Positions 23,019-36,824 of a stretch of 46,761 bases of DNA are shown piece after piece (the first letter of the stretch is position 1; each line of letters opens with the position of its first letter). The notes below the pieces were generated by a model, which saw only the letters and a list, made by a program, of their open reading frames with translations, was not told where the DNA came from and did not search any database. The stretch covers positions 1 to 46,761 of the forward strand of contig JADIIX010000155.1 in the NCBI GenBank assembly GCA_027604505.1. The letters are read 5' to 3'. Source of the DNA: Gonapodya sp. JEL0774 (taxonomy: Eukaryota). A program made the translations under genes and the position numbers.

Positions 23019-24976
23019 TCAGTACGGATCCCGCGGCGCTAACACACTCTGCAACTCTTCCTTCGAATGAACGGACATTGCTGGATTAGCCTTTAAAGTT
23101 ATGTCCCGAAGATTGAATGGTCAGATGCGGTGCGCGACCACCAAGCAACAGGCTCACCTCGCAGACTATTCGAAGTAATCCTCCCATCCCATCTAGAAGT
23201 GCGTCATACGCTGCAATTTGATCCTTGACAGCTCCCAACAGAGAGTGCAATGCTGCATCTCCTGCACAGCACCCGCTGATATTGAGATGTGCAAGGTTTC
23301 GATTTCCTGCCAAGTACCATTGGTTCTCAAATTCGTATATGGGCTCAGAAGGAGGGACGAATAAATCCTGCAGGAGTCCACGAAAGTTCCGTGTAAACTA
23401 CTGTGCAGGCTCGCTCCGCGGAGTGTTACTCACTTCCTCCTCCTCGACCTTCTCCACATTCGGCTTCTTGCCTGCTTTGTCCTTCCCGACAACTACTTTA
23501 GCAGCTACTGCAACAGCCGCAATCGCAGCTGAGGCCCCTTTTGATTGAGTTGACCCAGCGTTCACACTCATTTTCTTCCCCATGAGAGCTTTGGCTGAAT
23601 CCTCCTTTCCCCCTCCAACAGCGGGAGCAGGTTTCTTGTCTTTTTCTTTATCGGCACCAGTTGCTGCGGTCTTGGCGATGTTACCTCGGGCGGCCGCTGA
23701 CGGGGACTTGCCGGCGGAGCCCGCGCGAATATTCTCGTTGCTACCAGAGATCTTACCGTGAGATTTCAAGGGTGCAGCGACTTTTGCCTTGGACGCTTTT
23801 CGTGAGGAATCCTATTTGAGTGCAATCCGAATAGCCATGTACTCTTCTCCCGCCCTACACACAATTGAGTACTCACGTCCGCGCCAGCAGCCTCCAAGTT
23901 AGCTCCCGTTCGCCGTCTTTGAGCCTCCTCAGGAGACATAAGAGTACTCGCAAACGCTTTTGCAAGGGCTGTGCCCGCGGCATCAGCCAAGGTGTTCCAA
24001 GAGAGGTCCAGCGACATCAGTGTATTATTGAGTTTAAGTGCCTGGCTTTGCAGCACATTCCGGGGGTTACAGTTCTCCTGAACAACATCTAATCACTGCA
24101 GCAACCCACCTCGGCGATTGCTTCCGCAGCTCCTTTTCCCAACCGATTTCCGGACAAGTTTAAGGTCACAAGTGTTTTGTTCCCTTTTAGTCTCTCACAC
24201 AAAATTGAGCACCCAGCGTCCTCGATTCCGTTTCCACGAAGTGTAAGGTGGCGAAGAGAGGAACTCTCAGGCAGCAGGAGGGTAAACAGCGAATCGGGTA
24301 GTGGAATGCGGTCCAATGTTAGAGAATGAAGGCATGCTGAGAGAGCACCAAGGTGCGAGATGTCTGAGTCGGAGAGAGCGCAGTTCCAGAAGCTGGTGAC
24401 CAAACGGGGATCATTCATTGGATTTCGAGAACAGCGCGATCACCCAGTCTCCACGCACGCGACCTGTCCAACCCCATTACTCTCCCCCACACAGTTTGTA
24501 AGAGCTTCAACTGTTCCCTCGGGTAGTGGCCAGCCCCTTGCTTCTACGCGATAAACGTGAACATCCCCCAATTCTTCGGCGACAGTTTGAGCGCCATCTA
24601 ACCCTGTCAGATTCCGGCCCCGGTCTATAGCTACTAGATGAGGGGTGAAAAATGATGCAGACGCTACCCTGCCGACTTCATTCTCATCCGACGTCACTGC
24701 CGCCGCCGAACTGTCCTCTTGGAGAGTGTCGGGGAGAGATTCTTTCGCATCGACAACACGGATCCTGTCTGTTTCAGGCTCAATAATCATTTCCGCTGAA
24801 TTTGTGTCCAGAACTCCATTAGACACGCTCTCGCGCTCGGCCAACAATCGGGAAGGAGCAACTGGCAAAGGTGGTAACGGGTGGGTCAGACGGCGGACTG
24901 GGAGAGGAGTGACTTCCAAATAACGACAGGATTCGCGATACGCAAGCGTGAAGGCATCAGTTGTAGGTTTGTACAT
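23019..24976 (-). CDS. LRRC71: Leucine-rich repeat protein, LRRC71-like (ribonuclease-inhibitor-type LRRs plus a Lys/Ala-rich insert)
   Basis: RGWPLPEGTVEAL, LRHLTLRGNGIEDAGC, NKTLVTLNLSGNRLG, NNTLMSLDLSWNTL, a Lys-rich low-complexity insert, then AGNRNLAHLNIS and terminal VLAPRDPY*. Architecture recalls human LRRC71 (recalled, not searched). Confidence 0.75.
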
Positions 24977-25222
24977 TTTTGTTGATGAGCAAACAGGAGG
25001 GCTTTGGGTGGAATGAGCACACCACCATTTATTCTGAACATCATGCACACTTTCCACCTAAAACCGCAGGCTATCCTCTATGTTCCACCAGAAAATGCCA
25101 TGCGCTCAAACAAACTACCAAGTAGCAAAGCAGGTCGTGAGCGGCCAAAGACGAACAGTAAAGGTGGGGAGAGAATCCCAGTCTAATACAAAGTAAAGTG
25201 ATGGAGAGAGGAGTATGGTCGA

Positions 25223-26603
<1,381 letters not shown>

Positions 26604-27240
26604 TTTGGTTTGGGATGGGGGTGGTCAGGGGGTGGAGGAATGCTTCTCGTTCGAGGGGTGAAAAAGCAGCGCCACCACAAATATGCATGTCACATTTTCT
26701 GGTATCACAAGTCTCAGCGCAAAGAAGGCACCCGGTAAAATGTGGAATGTGATTCTGCAGCTTCCTTGTTTTCACGTAATTCTTCACCGACCTTCTCGGC
26801 GTCGTGTCCTGAATGTTGCCCACATTACACCAGAACAACAGCCAATCCTGCATGCACAGGGCCGACGCGGAAAGATAAGAAAACCCGCACTTAGGATCGA
26901 GGCACAGAGAACTCCTAAGATGTATGGAAAGTCAAAACAACACTTTGGATGAACTGAACCATGATGGCGAAAAACCCCCATTTCTTCCACTTCCTTCTAT
27001 ATACATACAGATGTAAAATTGAAGATGCGGTAGGGTGACCTGGGTAATAATCTTGGTCGGCAATATCCACTAATTCGCCGAGGGTGAGCCAAGCGAGTGG
27101 TGGACAGCGGGGCAGAGGGCGTATGAAGATGTAGTGTGCACGGGGAAGCTCACTGCCGGAGCACCGTCATCCAAACCCCAGTTGCTCTTTCTCTCACGTT
27201 TTCTTCCTCACAAAGTCCCTTTCTTTCACTTCTATCGCAC

Positions 27241-28583
27241 ATGGATATGCCTTCTTCGGAATCCTCAATTCAATTACTCTCTCCACCATCCAGATCTTAC
27301 GTTCAGGTGGATACCCCAACAGAGAATCCCTCCACAGCAGTATCGAACCCGAGACACGGAGCAACATCTTTTGTGCCTATGGATGACTGGAATGGAAATG
27401 GAGGCGCCCGGAATGGGAACGCAGATATGGGAATACTGGACGCTGAATTAGCCCCTCTTGCACTTAGCCATGTGAGCACATCTCAGAACTATTGAGTGAG
27501 CACATACGCATCTCTTGTATATATTTTTTTCGTTTCAGTTCGTTGTCAAGCTCGCCACGTGAGTCCTTCTGCTTGCCACAGTATTCATCGAAAGGCTGAA
27601 CTTTTGTCAAAAGCATGGTGAATGACCACACGCAGCAGCTGATCCGATGGAGTCCACAGGTAACCAAACATTTGCGTCGTACAAACAATATGAATGGTTG
27701 ATACTCGTTCCTAACTGCAAATATCTGCCGGGAGGGTACCTCCTTCATCGTGAGAGGAGCAGGAGATTTCGCAAGGGAAGTTTTGCCAAGGCGTGAGCTC
27801 GTGCAGTTGATTCTTTGATCTATGCTTTGATTGCAGTGCGTCTATTTTAAGATTTTAAGCACGGCAACTTTTCTTCATTCGTCCGGCAACTCAATATGTA
27901 TGGATTCCATAAGATAAACAGAACACCGAGGGGAACAGCGAAAAATGAGGAGCAGGTGAGATCTGTGAGATCTCTCGCTTGAAGAATACAATCCATAGGT
28001 GAATCTCACCAATTTCTTCAGATATGGGAGTTTTCACATCCCAAGGCATGTTGATCTACATGCAGAGTTGTACTACTGGCGGGCACTTGATAAAAGCGGA
28101 TTTTCCGTACCAGTTTCTCCGTGATCATCCACATCTTTTAGACGATATTCGCCGGAAATCTACTGATTCATCCGTTGAAGCCCGCAATGTGGCCCAACCT
28201 GTCGGTGCCGGAGGACTGTCGACTGCAGGCGATGATCAAGAGCAGTTGATGACCGAAGTGGCTCAGTTGGCAGCTACAGTGATGGAGCTACAAGAACAAC
28301 TCGGAATCGTCATCAGTGGTGGGGAAAAAAGCTCCTCACGGCCTTTCAACGGTAATAACTTCGTCCTGACCTCGGCTGGCTAGAGCTTGCTATCTCCCGT
28401 CGCCGGCAAGATCTTCAACAAGACATGATCCGGACAATGTTGGACCTTCTACAGGCTGGTGAGGCCAGGAAAGGGAATGTGTCGATGAATAGTTTAAGTG
28501 TGAGGCCTGGGACCCTATCTGAGAACTCGTACGGTCTTCTCGGGCCTAATTTCAATGGTGAGAATGGTGGTGGCTCTCTTTGA
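27241..28583 (+). CDS. HSF-type winged-helix transcription factor with a short coiled coil
   Basis: Spliced DNA-binding domain [68 protein letters not shown]...IWEFSHPKFLRDHPHLLDDIRRK, then heptads LMTEVAQLAATVMELQEQL...QQDMIRTMLDLL; stop TGA 28581-28583. Confidence 0.92.
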
Positions 28584-29066
28584 AAGCGAAATAGGCTTCG
28601 AATGCACTAACCCTCTTGAAATACAGCATTCGGATTAAATGTGCGCCTGCGATCTTCAAATTCCGATGACATATCTCGGACTTCGCACAAAAGCGGTGAC
28701 TATAGAATCGGATTTGGATTAAATGAAGAATTTTGTGTAAAGGAGAGGTGAGCAGGATGTATGTGCAGCTGAGACCACCCGTCGTGCTATCGCTGAGTTC
28801 AATGGGCTCATTTGTATTTCTAAAAGTGGACCATATCTTCCCTTTGAAGAGTAATCTCTGATGCGAGCAAGCTGTTTACAGAAATGATGTATTTTGAAGG
28901 TGATAATTCGCCCATGATATTGTTTGTGCGAGTCTGGAGTCTGATAAAGGGCGAGGTTGTTCCAAGTGTGAGGCTGCAGCAGAGACAAGAAAATCGAACC
29001 GAAATACATTGGAACTTCTCTGTTAGTTTGTCACAACGGCAAATATTGGGTTTTGGCATGAGTTCT

Positions 29067-32000
29067 TCAATACGCATATCCTAAATCGGCTCTCCTATTT
29101 ACAACCCTTCTGGTCTCCGCCCATGTAAGATGTCGCAACCCGATTCTTGACAAGAACTCCACTTTATCATCATCCGACCCACCCATGTCGATGCTACGTA
29201 TCGACTCGTGCACTTTTGCGACAGACAGTGCCGTTTCGAAGTTTGGTTGGTCTGGGGCATACGTTGAGGGCAAAGATAGTAGGAAAGCAGCCTCCGAAAG
29301 GCTTAAATCGTAAGGTCACGCAATTGAATGCACGTCGGAAGGAACCCTCATCGACACAGCACTCACCGCCAGAAACTCAAAGAACCGGTTCCTGAAGAAA
29401 TCTGTCCCTTTCCCAAAACAGCGTTTGCTAGATTATTGGCATCTGCCCGCAACTGCATGCCACCGGCCTGAGAAAATGTGTGCGCGAACGCGACCTGGGT
29501 CAGTATTCTCTCGTCGAGTCTCGCACAGACCTTTGAGATGACAGAGACACAACAGGCAGACGGGAGATTTGACCGTAGGACATCAATAGTGTGAGATAAA
29601 TAGTTAAGAGCCGGAGCGAGCTCTGGCGAAGTGTCTGGAGCGGCGGAGGATGCGAAGAGTGGACTGCGCCAGTCGCGTCTACCGTGGAATCAAACAGTCT
29701 GCTGACTTCATTTCTGTGAAGAAGGGAAGATATTAACTTACTTTTGATCGTATGATCTCATTTCTGTTGCCGTCGCGTCAACCACCTCGGTAACCACTGA
29801 TGACAGGATGCGCTCCTCCAGAGACCGATACCCTCTAATCAATCCCCCGAAAAGAGTGTCGTAAGCTCCATGTCTATCAGATTTTAAATCGCGTGCACTA
29901 TGCAGAATTTCCTTAGCAGTCGAATTAGAACGCATGTCGTCCCAGAGCGAAATGAAGAACTGCAAGTATCATGTGAAGCATGGCAGAATTACAGACACGT
30001 TGCGTCGACACACACTACTGTCACACACCACACTTTCATCCCATAGTGCAAGAGTTTCCTTTACATAGGCTGCCGACGTTGCCCATTTGCAAAGCTCCAA
30101 AACCGCATCCTCTTCCACCTTGGAAGGTTGCTGCTTCCCTCCTCCACCTGTTCCTACCCCCACTGCGCCCACGAAATCGCCGATCAGCGTTAATGCAGTA
30201 GACCGTACGTGCGCATCGTAGAGGTCCTGTAGACGGGCCATGAATTCCGCAGCGAGAGGGAGTTGGACGCGGGAGAGAAATATCGCCCGGTGACGGAGGG
30301 TGGGGAGCGAGGCATAGCGGCCTAGTTAATCAGAAGGGTGCACCGACATGAGCATCAACACAAACAACGTCCCGAGGGATTGAAACGAACAGGATTGACA
30401 CAAAGATACCTACTCGTGATACCTTCTAACACTCCTACTATCCCTTCGGCAGCTAAGGTCCCTCCGTTTTCTCCATTCATCCAAGCTCTGGCGCTCCCGA
30501 AACACTCCTCAAAAGCATATTTTGCCACCTGTTCTTCTGCCGTCACCCAGCTCTCGAATACGTCATCATTATCAGTAATCACGCGCGTGCAGGGAAAAGA
30601 TAGCTCTGGAGGGAGCATAGAATTGATTCTAAGGTCAAAGCGAATGCACTCTGATACATGGTGCGGAAGGAGGTGGGGTTTCATTCGGAGTTCGGGGTTT
30701 AGACGACGCAGTTTCGAGAGAACCGTGGGGAGGAGGTTGTGGAGCAGTTCCGTCTACACGATGTATGCATTTTGTGAGAGTACGCAATCAACTAGCTGAT
30801 CGCTGGAGCGACGAGTGTTTGAACTATGATTCTCACCTCAACCCTGTACGCCGCATTACACTCGGTGTCGAGTACAGGCTGCACAATAGGAACTAGAAAT
30901 GCTTGAGAGGATTCAATCTGATGGAGGACGTACTGAAAAATCCACTCGGGCTGAGAGGTTGAACCAAGCATTAGACCGCAACAAGATGTGAACCATGCAC
31001 AACAGTCAGGAGATGATCCGGTCCGCCTCTCAATGCGTGGTCCCCACAAACCTTGTCCAATCGATCTGTCTCTCTTCTCCCTCCAAAGTGATACCTCAGC
31101 CGAACCACCACGGGCTCTGCGAGCACCTGGATTGCGAGAAGAGGCTCCGAGCCCAGTTGCTTACCATGAGGTAGAGGAGGGAAGGGTTCGAGCGGAGCCT
31201 CTGATGCAATCGTCTTAAAAAAGGATTGTGGCTGAAGCGGTGTTCGTACGAGTGTGATTGACGAAGGTTTCGAACGATTTCTGTGTTCAAAGACTCAAAT
31301 CTGAAACCACAAAGCCGAGGTCATACACAAGCGAATCTTATTCACTTACACTCGCTGTGCTTTTGTAGTGTCAGCAATTGCTTTCCGCAATTGGTCGACT
31401 GCACGAAGTGTGAGTTTGTAGAGTTCCGGGAGCTGGGCGGGCCACCCAATCAGGTTGAAAGAGGATTTAAGATATCTGAACCAACAAGGAGAGCAGAAAC
31501 ATAGTGTGAACATGCAAGAAAGGCTCAAATTGTTTGGTAAAGCCTCGAGTCAAGCTGCAACGCATCTCCGCACTGTAGGCAACAGGACCGAACAATGCGT
31601 CACCAACATTTCTGATATCCGCGACTGAATTTCACGTACGATTTCAAGTTTGTACAGTACTCACGCCGTCAAGTCTCGGCTCAGCAATGTCCATGCTTCC
31701 TCAACTCCTCTTGTTACAAATTCCTTCAACACCCGCACAGATTGATAAGAAGAGTCACGCGACTCGAGATCAGTCCATTCATCGAAAAGAGCCAAATATT
31801 CGTTGAGTGCACTGCGAGGCGGTTGGGCTGCCGTTACCGAGGAGCTGAAAGGGGAAGAGCGGGCGTTCCACTACTTGATTCGACGATACCAAAAGAGTCA
31901 GTGTCTTGTTCGACGACGCACCTGAGTACGTGGATTCTACGCAGCGTTTCCAGGTTTGCCTTCACTTGCTCGAAAACAGCAATCTGATCCCTCTGTCTTG

Positions 32001-32381
32001 CGATGTCAGCAAGCACGAGAGAAAAAGATCCCCGTTTTAAATTTATAAGATCCTCGCGCAATTCCGAGACAGAAGTTTTGACGATTGTGGTCCGAGCTCG
32101 CGCCTTGGTGATATCTGAGACGACAGCCCCCAATTGTGCAGGTGTCCGGGAGTCTAAGTGCCGTTTCTGAATGATTTTTTAATGTTTTGAATCATTTGCC
32201 AATGAATGAAGGAAGAAGCCGAGGGCTGACGAGGAAACTGGACATGAATATGATCGACAACCCATCGTCACTCTACCTTCTCTAAGGCATCGTCTCTCTT
32301 TCTACCTTCGCTTTTCAACAAATCGCGTGCTCCACTTAGCGATGCGAAGGTTGGAAATTCTTTGTTGAGAATGGATTCCAT
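29067..32381 (-). CDS. TIP20: RINT-1/Tip20 family ER-Golgi tethering (Dsl1/NRZ complex) subunit
   Basis: Family motif LAEPVVVRLRYHFGGRRETDRLDK/PEWIF, LLPHHVSECIRFD, and a DWR...DTSPELAPALNYL segment. Start MESILNKEFP at 32381; end LTWAETRRVVNRRADLGYAY*. Confidence 0.9.
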
Positions 32382-32444
32382 ACAGCATCCAATGAGGTTT
32401 GGGCGCCGATCACACAACACCGGCGAAATTTTCTGCAGAGCAAA

Positions 32445-33296
32445 ATGGAGACTCCCCGCACTCCGGTCAATGAACTTCTTTCCCAACCGACTCCAGAGCC
32501 GGCAACGTATCCTTCCTATGTTCAAGATGTCGTATATGGCAAAGCTCTGTGTGCTGCCAGTGATATACCGGTACGGCTCCAATGGTGACGCCCATCTTTT
32601 CTGGTCGATTTAAGCCATTCGTCTCTGCTTCTATCTCCAATATGCGCCTAAAGGCTGGAACCATTGTGGAAAAGTTTGTTGGGCCTGTTCGTAATCTAGT
32701 CTGGCGTCGCCGCCCTCTGGGATCGGAAGAGACCACCCGGTGTCTGATTTCCTCGTGAACTCTGAACAGATTGTCGAGTACGAATCGCTAACACAATGTG
32801 ACAGAACTTATGTGCTAAACTTTTGGGATCAGCGTTCACAATCATGGAAATGGTGCGTAGTTGACAACTCCTGTCTCGACTTGAACCACATTCCAATCTT
32901 GTCGGTGCATAAGGCTTTTACCACTCTCTAATGCGAGGTACTGCAATCGTAAGTTGTTTGGATGCTTCGAGACCGTGTTGGTGCCTACATAAATTTGTGC
33001 GATTCCCCCGCACTGCTTCCTTGCCCCACAACAACCGTACTCATCCCACATTACTTTCTGTACACCACGTCTCCGCGAGCGAAGACTCCTGCAATCCTAA
33101 CAGCGAAATCGTCGGTGGCACATTAGACATTATTACCACTCGTCCAGTCCTGAAAGGCGAGCAGCTCACATTTGTCTACAACATTGGTGATGATTCGGAC
33201 TGGTGGGACCCGGTGTGGTCGTTCAAGTGCGCCTGTGGTACCCCCAGCTGCCAAGGAATGATCGATAGGTACAGACCCGCAAAGAATTTGCTCTGA
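32445..33296 (+). CDS. Small stand-alone SET + post-SET domain lysine methyltransferase (~160 aa, 5 exons)
   Basis: Spliced: METPR...YGKALCAASDIP/AGTIVEKFVGP/IVEYESL...WK/WLLPLSNARYCN/HSCNPNSEIVGGTLDIITTRPVLKGEQLTFVYN...WSFKCACGTPSCQGMI. Contains the SET motifs NHSCxPN and GEQLTFxY and the post-SET CxCxxxxC. Confidence 0.9.
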
Positions 33297-33434
33297 TTCT
33301 TCTTTAGATACCCAAATAGGAACGCTGCATGATAGATATTACCATTTTATCAGAAGAAGTGTTAAATTGCAGTGCATGGTGTGGCAAGGGATCACATACA
33401 TCACTACACAGAAACCCAACTGACTCGAAGGAAG

Positions 33435-34484
33435 ATGATTTCACCATCAACGTTCTACGCCGAAGCACTCTTGTTTCTTTCAATTTCCGACTCCATCGCT
33501 GGAGGATGGTCGTGGGTGCCATTGCAGGTCCGACAAGGATCATGTCGAACTCTTAATCAAGAACCCTGATCCGCGACTGATCATCCAGCTGCCCGGCCAA
33601 GGCGGAGGATATCTAGCGAAAACATCGGTCATTCCGGTAGACCGTGGCAATGTGAAAGGGATCAAGGATGAGGATCTGAGCGGGTTCGAAATCACTGAAC
33701 AGGCAAGCTCGCTCTCGGTAACGGGGGACAACCCACTCTGATCGATAAGCAACATTTGTGAAACTTAGCTTCCCGAGGCTTCCATTGTACGAGAATGTCC
33801 TGTGTTGCGCAATTACCTCATGACTCTGTGGGAGCACCACATCGTGTTCAACCCAACATATTGTGTGCCTGTCCTGTACTTCCGGGTGAGCACATTTGGT
33901 GAGTACATCTTCTGTGTGTGTGCAACATGGTCATGGTGGTCTCGAGGATATTTATTCCACTCGTGCATGAGGGATCCTTCAAGGGTTGTTTCCACTGAGA
34001 CTGACAAGATTCCGCTCCAGATGGCCTCCCGTTATCACCCGAGCTGGTATTTGCACATCTTCAAACGCTCCAAACATCGTTCTCCATATTATCTCAACGT
34101 GTTCCAAATGACCGGTACCCGTCGGAATCAGAGACCTCCGCGACCGTCCCCGTTCCAACCCAACAATTTCGCAACGCGTACCTCGAGCTTCATGGAACAT
34201 TTTCCGAAGAGTACCACCCATTTCTTGATATCCCCTTTTGGTCTCTTCATCCTTGTAACATTGGCACCGTCCTTCAGGTGATGGGGTGTTGCGGGCAAGA
34301 CGACTTTGAGGCGAATGGGAAACAACACGGAGAGGGAGCAAAGCGAGAGGTTCCTGATCACTGTGCCTCGCTGATGGTGACATTCTTGAGTGTTTATGGG
34401 CCGGATGTCGGATTGGATGTGGGACTTGCATTTGCTAAACATCACGGCGGAGTGCATGGCATGCAGGAAATGGTGCTTAGATAG
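33435..34484 (+). CDS. ATG10: Autophagy E2-like conjugating enzyme Atg10
   Basis: MISPSTFYAEALLFLSISDSIAGGWSW..GGYL, WEHHIVFNPTYCVPVLYFR, DGLPLS, EEYHPFLDIPFWSLHPC (catalytic HPC), and FLSVYGPDVGL. Confidence 0.9.
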
Positions 34485-34560
34485 CGAACGTAATGCTGTA
34501 TTTCCAAAAGCCTGTCGTGCATTTGAATTTTCTCTGCTGATGATGTGTCAGGCAGGTCCA

Positions 34561-34620
34561 TCACAAGTGCGCATCACAAGTGCTTTCACAAGTGCTGTCA
34601 TGTATTGTTCACAAGTGCTC
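34561..34620. repeat. Four copies of TCACAAGTGC between ATG10 and WDR76
   Basis: Exact 10-mer at 34561, 34574, 34586 and 34609. Confidence 0.9.
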
Positions 34621-34758
34621 TTAGGGCTGCTGTTATGTGCTGGTATGCGCTGTTATGTGGTGTAAAACAACTAGTTCGTCAGTTAGTTACCACCTTGCGT
34701 GCGCATGACGAACTTCATTGCTCTCTTTTGATTCCGATTCTGAGCGGTGGCTAGAAAC

Positions 34759-36552
34759 ATGTCCGATGAGCTATCAGACTACGAGATACTCCGCAAGAAG
34801 CGCATCGAGGAAAACCAAGCCTTGTTGAAATCGTTGAATATTCCGTCGATTCGTCTTCCCAAGGAGGAACCCATCTCCGAGAGAAAGAAGTCCGCACACA
34901 AGCGGAAGCGAGAAGAAAGCAATGATGATAGTGAAGTGTCCGAGCCGATCGTGCGGAGGTGGGATCATCTGAAATTGAGATGATCTACAAGATCGACTTG
35001 ACTTTCGTACTTGTAACAGGGTTTCCTCGAGATTGCGATCACTGCCGCCTGATTCCGACGCTGCTCAAGAGCTCCAAAAGCAACGAGAGGAAGAGGAAGC
35101 ACGCGAGAGGAAAAAGGGTGAGCGCGTCAATGGGCCAGTCCATGTCGTAAGTCGTCAGTTGTTGAGACTGAGGATGTTTCGGACCTAAATGTGTCATAAG
35201 ATAGTTGGTAATTACTAATGCTTTCCCATATCATCAAAGGATAACGATATTAAGGACCCTTCTGACATGTTCTCATCTGTCTTCGCAAAATTCACAACAC
35301 CCCTCTTGGCTTCCCTGGTTGGTAATTCGGATCCGTCGAAGCTCACTGTTTGTGTTCCGGACGCCGTGCGTTTCAGCAAGGAGCGCGTTTATTCGTTGGC
35401 AGCGTACCCTCGTGTATGTGGGAGTTCTGTTGGTGCATTCTTTGGGGACAAACAGGGCAATATAGGATTCGTTGGAATCGACATGGAGAAAGCCAGGGAA
35501 GTAAAGGAACGGGAAGGAACTGATTTCTATGAAGATGGTGGTTTCAGCTTGAGATTTTGAGACAGTTCACGGGTTCTAAGGCTTTTTTTTCGTGGCAGAG
35601 TTTGCAACCGTCAGGGTTTGGGAAGTGCACCGACGAAGACCAGTTACCAGCTTAGTGTGGATGGCTGACAAACTCTGGACTTCGTCTTACGAAGGATCAG
35701 TGCGGTCATTCGACCCCTCTCATCCGATTTTCAATGAGCACATTGGGAATGATGACTACGAGATCACCTGTCTCACCATGAATCCTGCTGCTACCTTGGG
35801 GTTTTTTGGGGACACCGACGGAAATATCTTTAGCTTTGACCCAAGACAGCCACCATCTCAGGCAATGGCGAGTCACTCTCTGCACCCTCGCAAAATATCG
35901 TGCGTTTCAATCAATCCTGTGCGGGATCACCTACTCGCGACATCAAGTCTTGATGGCACTTGCAAAATTTGGGACTCAAGGAAATTGAATGGGCAAAAGA
36001 GCCAGGCTTTGGGCATCAGTCAACATGGAAAGTCTTGTTCCAGTGCGTACTGGAGTGCAGATGGAGAAAGAATTGTAACGACATCTTATGATGATACCGT
36101 GAGGTTCTTGTCTACAGTGTGTTTTTTGATAAGATTTTGAAGAGACTCTCTCAAAATCCAATAGCTGCGAATCCTGAGATTCTGGGACCCTCTCCTCACG
36201 CAGCTTACATCTATCACACACAACAACAATACGGGGCGCTGGATTACAAATTTTCGCGCCCAGTTCGGTGGAGGCAGCACTTCTCCGTACGTGACAGTCG
36301 GGAACATGTCTCGAGGAGTGGATGTGAGTTGAACGTCCTGTCACACGGGAAAACTACGTTGAATTGACTTGCAGTGGGGTATTGCATTCACAGGTGTTTG
36401 ATGGCAAAACTGGCGCTCACGTAGCAACCCTGTCAGACCCAGCAGTTGTTAGTGCGATCCCAGCAGTAAATTGCATGGTTGGTGGAGATGATGGCATCCC
36501 TCTGACTGTTATTGCGGGTAATGCCAGCGGAAAAGTCGTACTTTGGAGTTGA
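34759..36552 (+). CDS. CMR1: WD40 DNA damage-binding protein WDR76/Cmr1
   Basis: N-terminal SDYEILRKKRIEENQALLKSLNI, GAFFGDKQGNIG, HPRKISCVSINP..LLATSSLDGTCKIWDSRK, SSAYWS..IVTTSYDDTV, HNNNTGRWITNFRAQF, and terminal SAIPAVN..AGNASGKVVLWS*. Confidence 0.9.
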
Positions 36553-36719
36553 ATGCAGACCAATCTAAAGCTGCAGCAGTAACCTCATGTGTTTCTCGGG
36601 CCTTCCACATTCGTCAATACATGTATGAAATTTATTTTTGGGTACCGGAGGTGTCCATTCTAAATGCCCCGAATGCGCAACAAAAAGAGAATTTGCAATA
36701 GAAATGGAGCAGCGAAGGC

Positions 36720-36824
36720 AGTCAAGGCCTCTCAAGACTCAAACTCTGAGACCAGTGGAGTTGGTCAGAGCCTCTCAAACTTTGAGACCAGCAGACACAG
36801 TCAGAGCCTCTCAAACTCTGAGAA
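36720..36824. repeat. Three copies of a ~24-bp motif (period 36-44) overlapping the GGA stop codon
   Basis: GTCAGAGCCTCTCAAACT(C/T)TGAGA at 36764 and 36800, with a variant copy at ~36721 carrying an internal duplication. Confidence 0.88.

Noticed and set aside
36720..36824. Mini-CRISPR interpretation of the 24-bp repeat with 12-bp spacers
   Set aside because: Spacers too short, only three copies, overlaps a eukaryotic CDS end, no cas genes.
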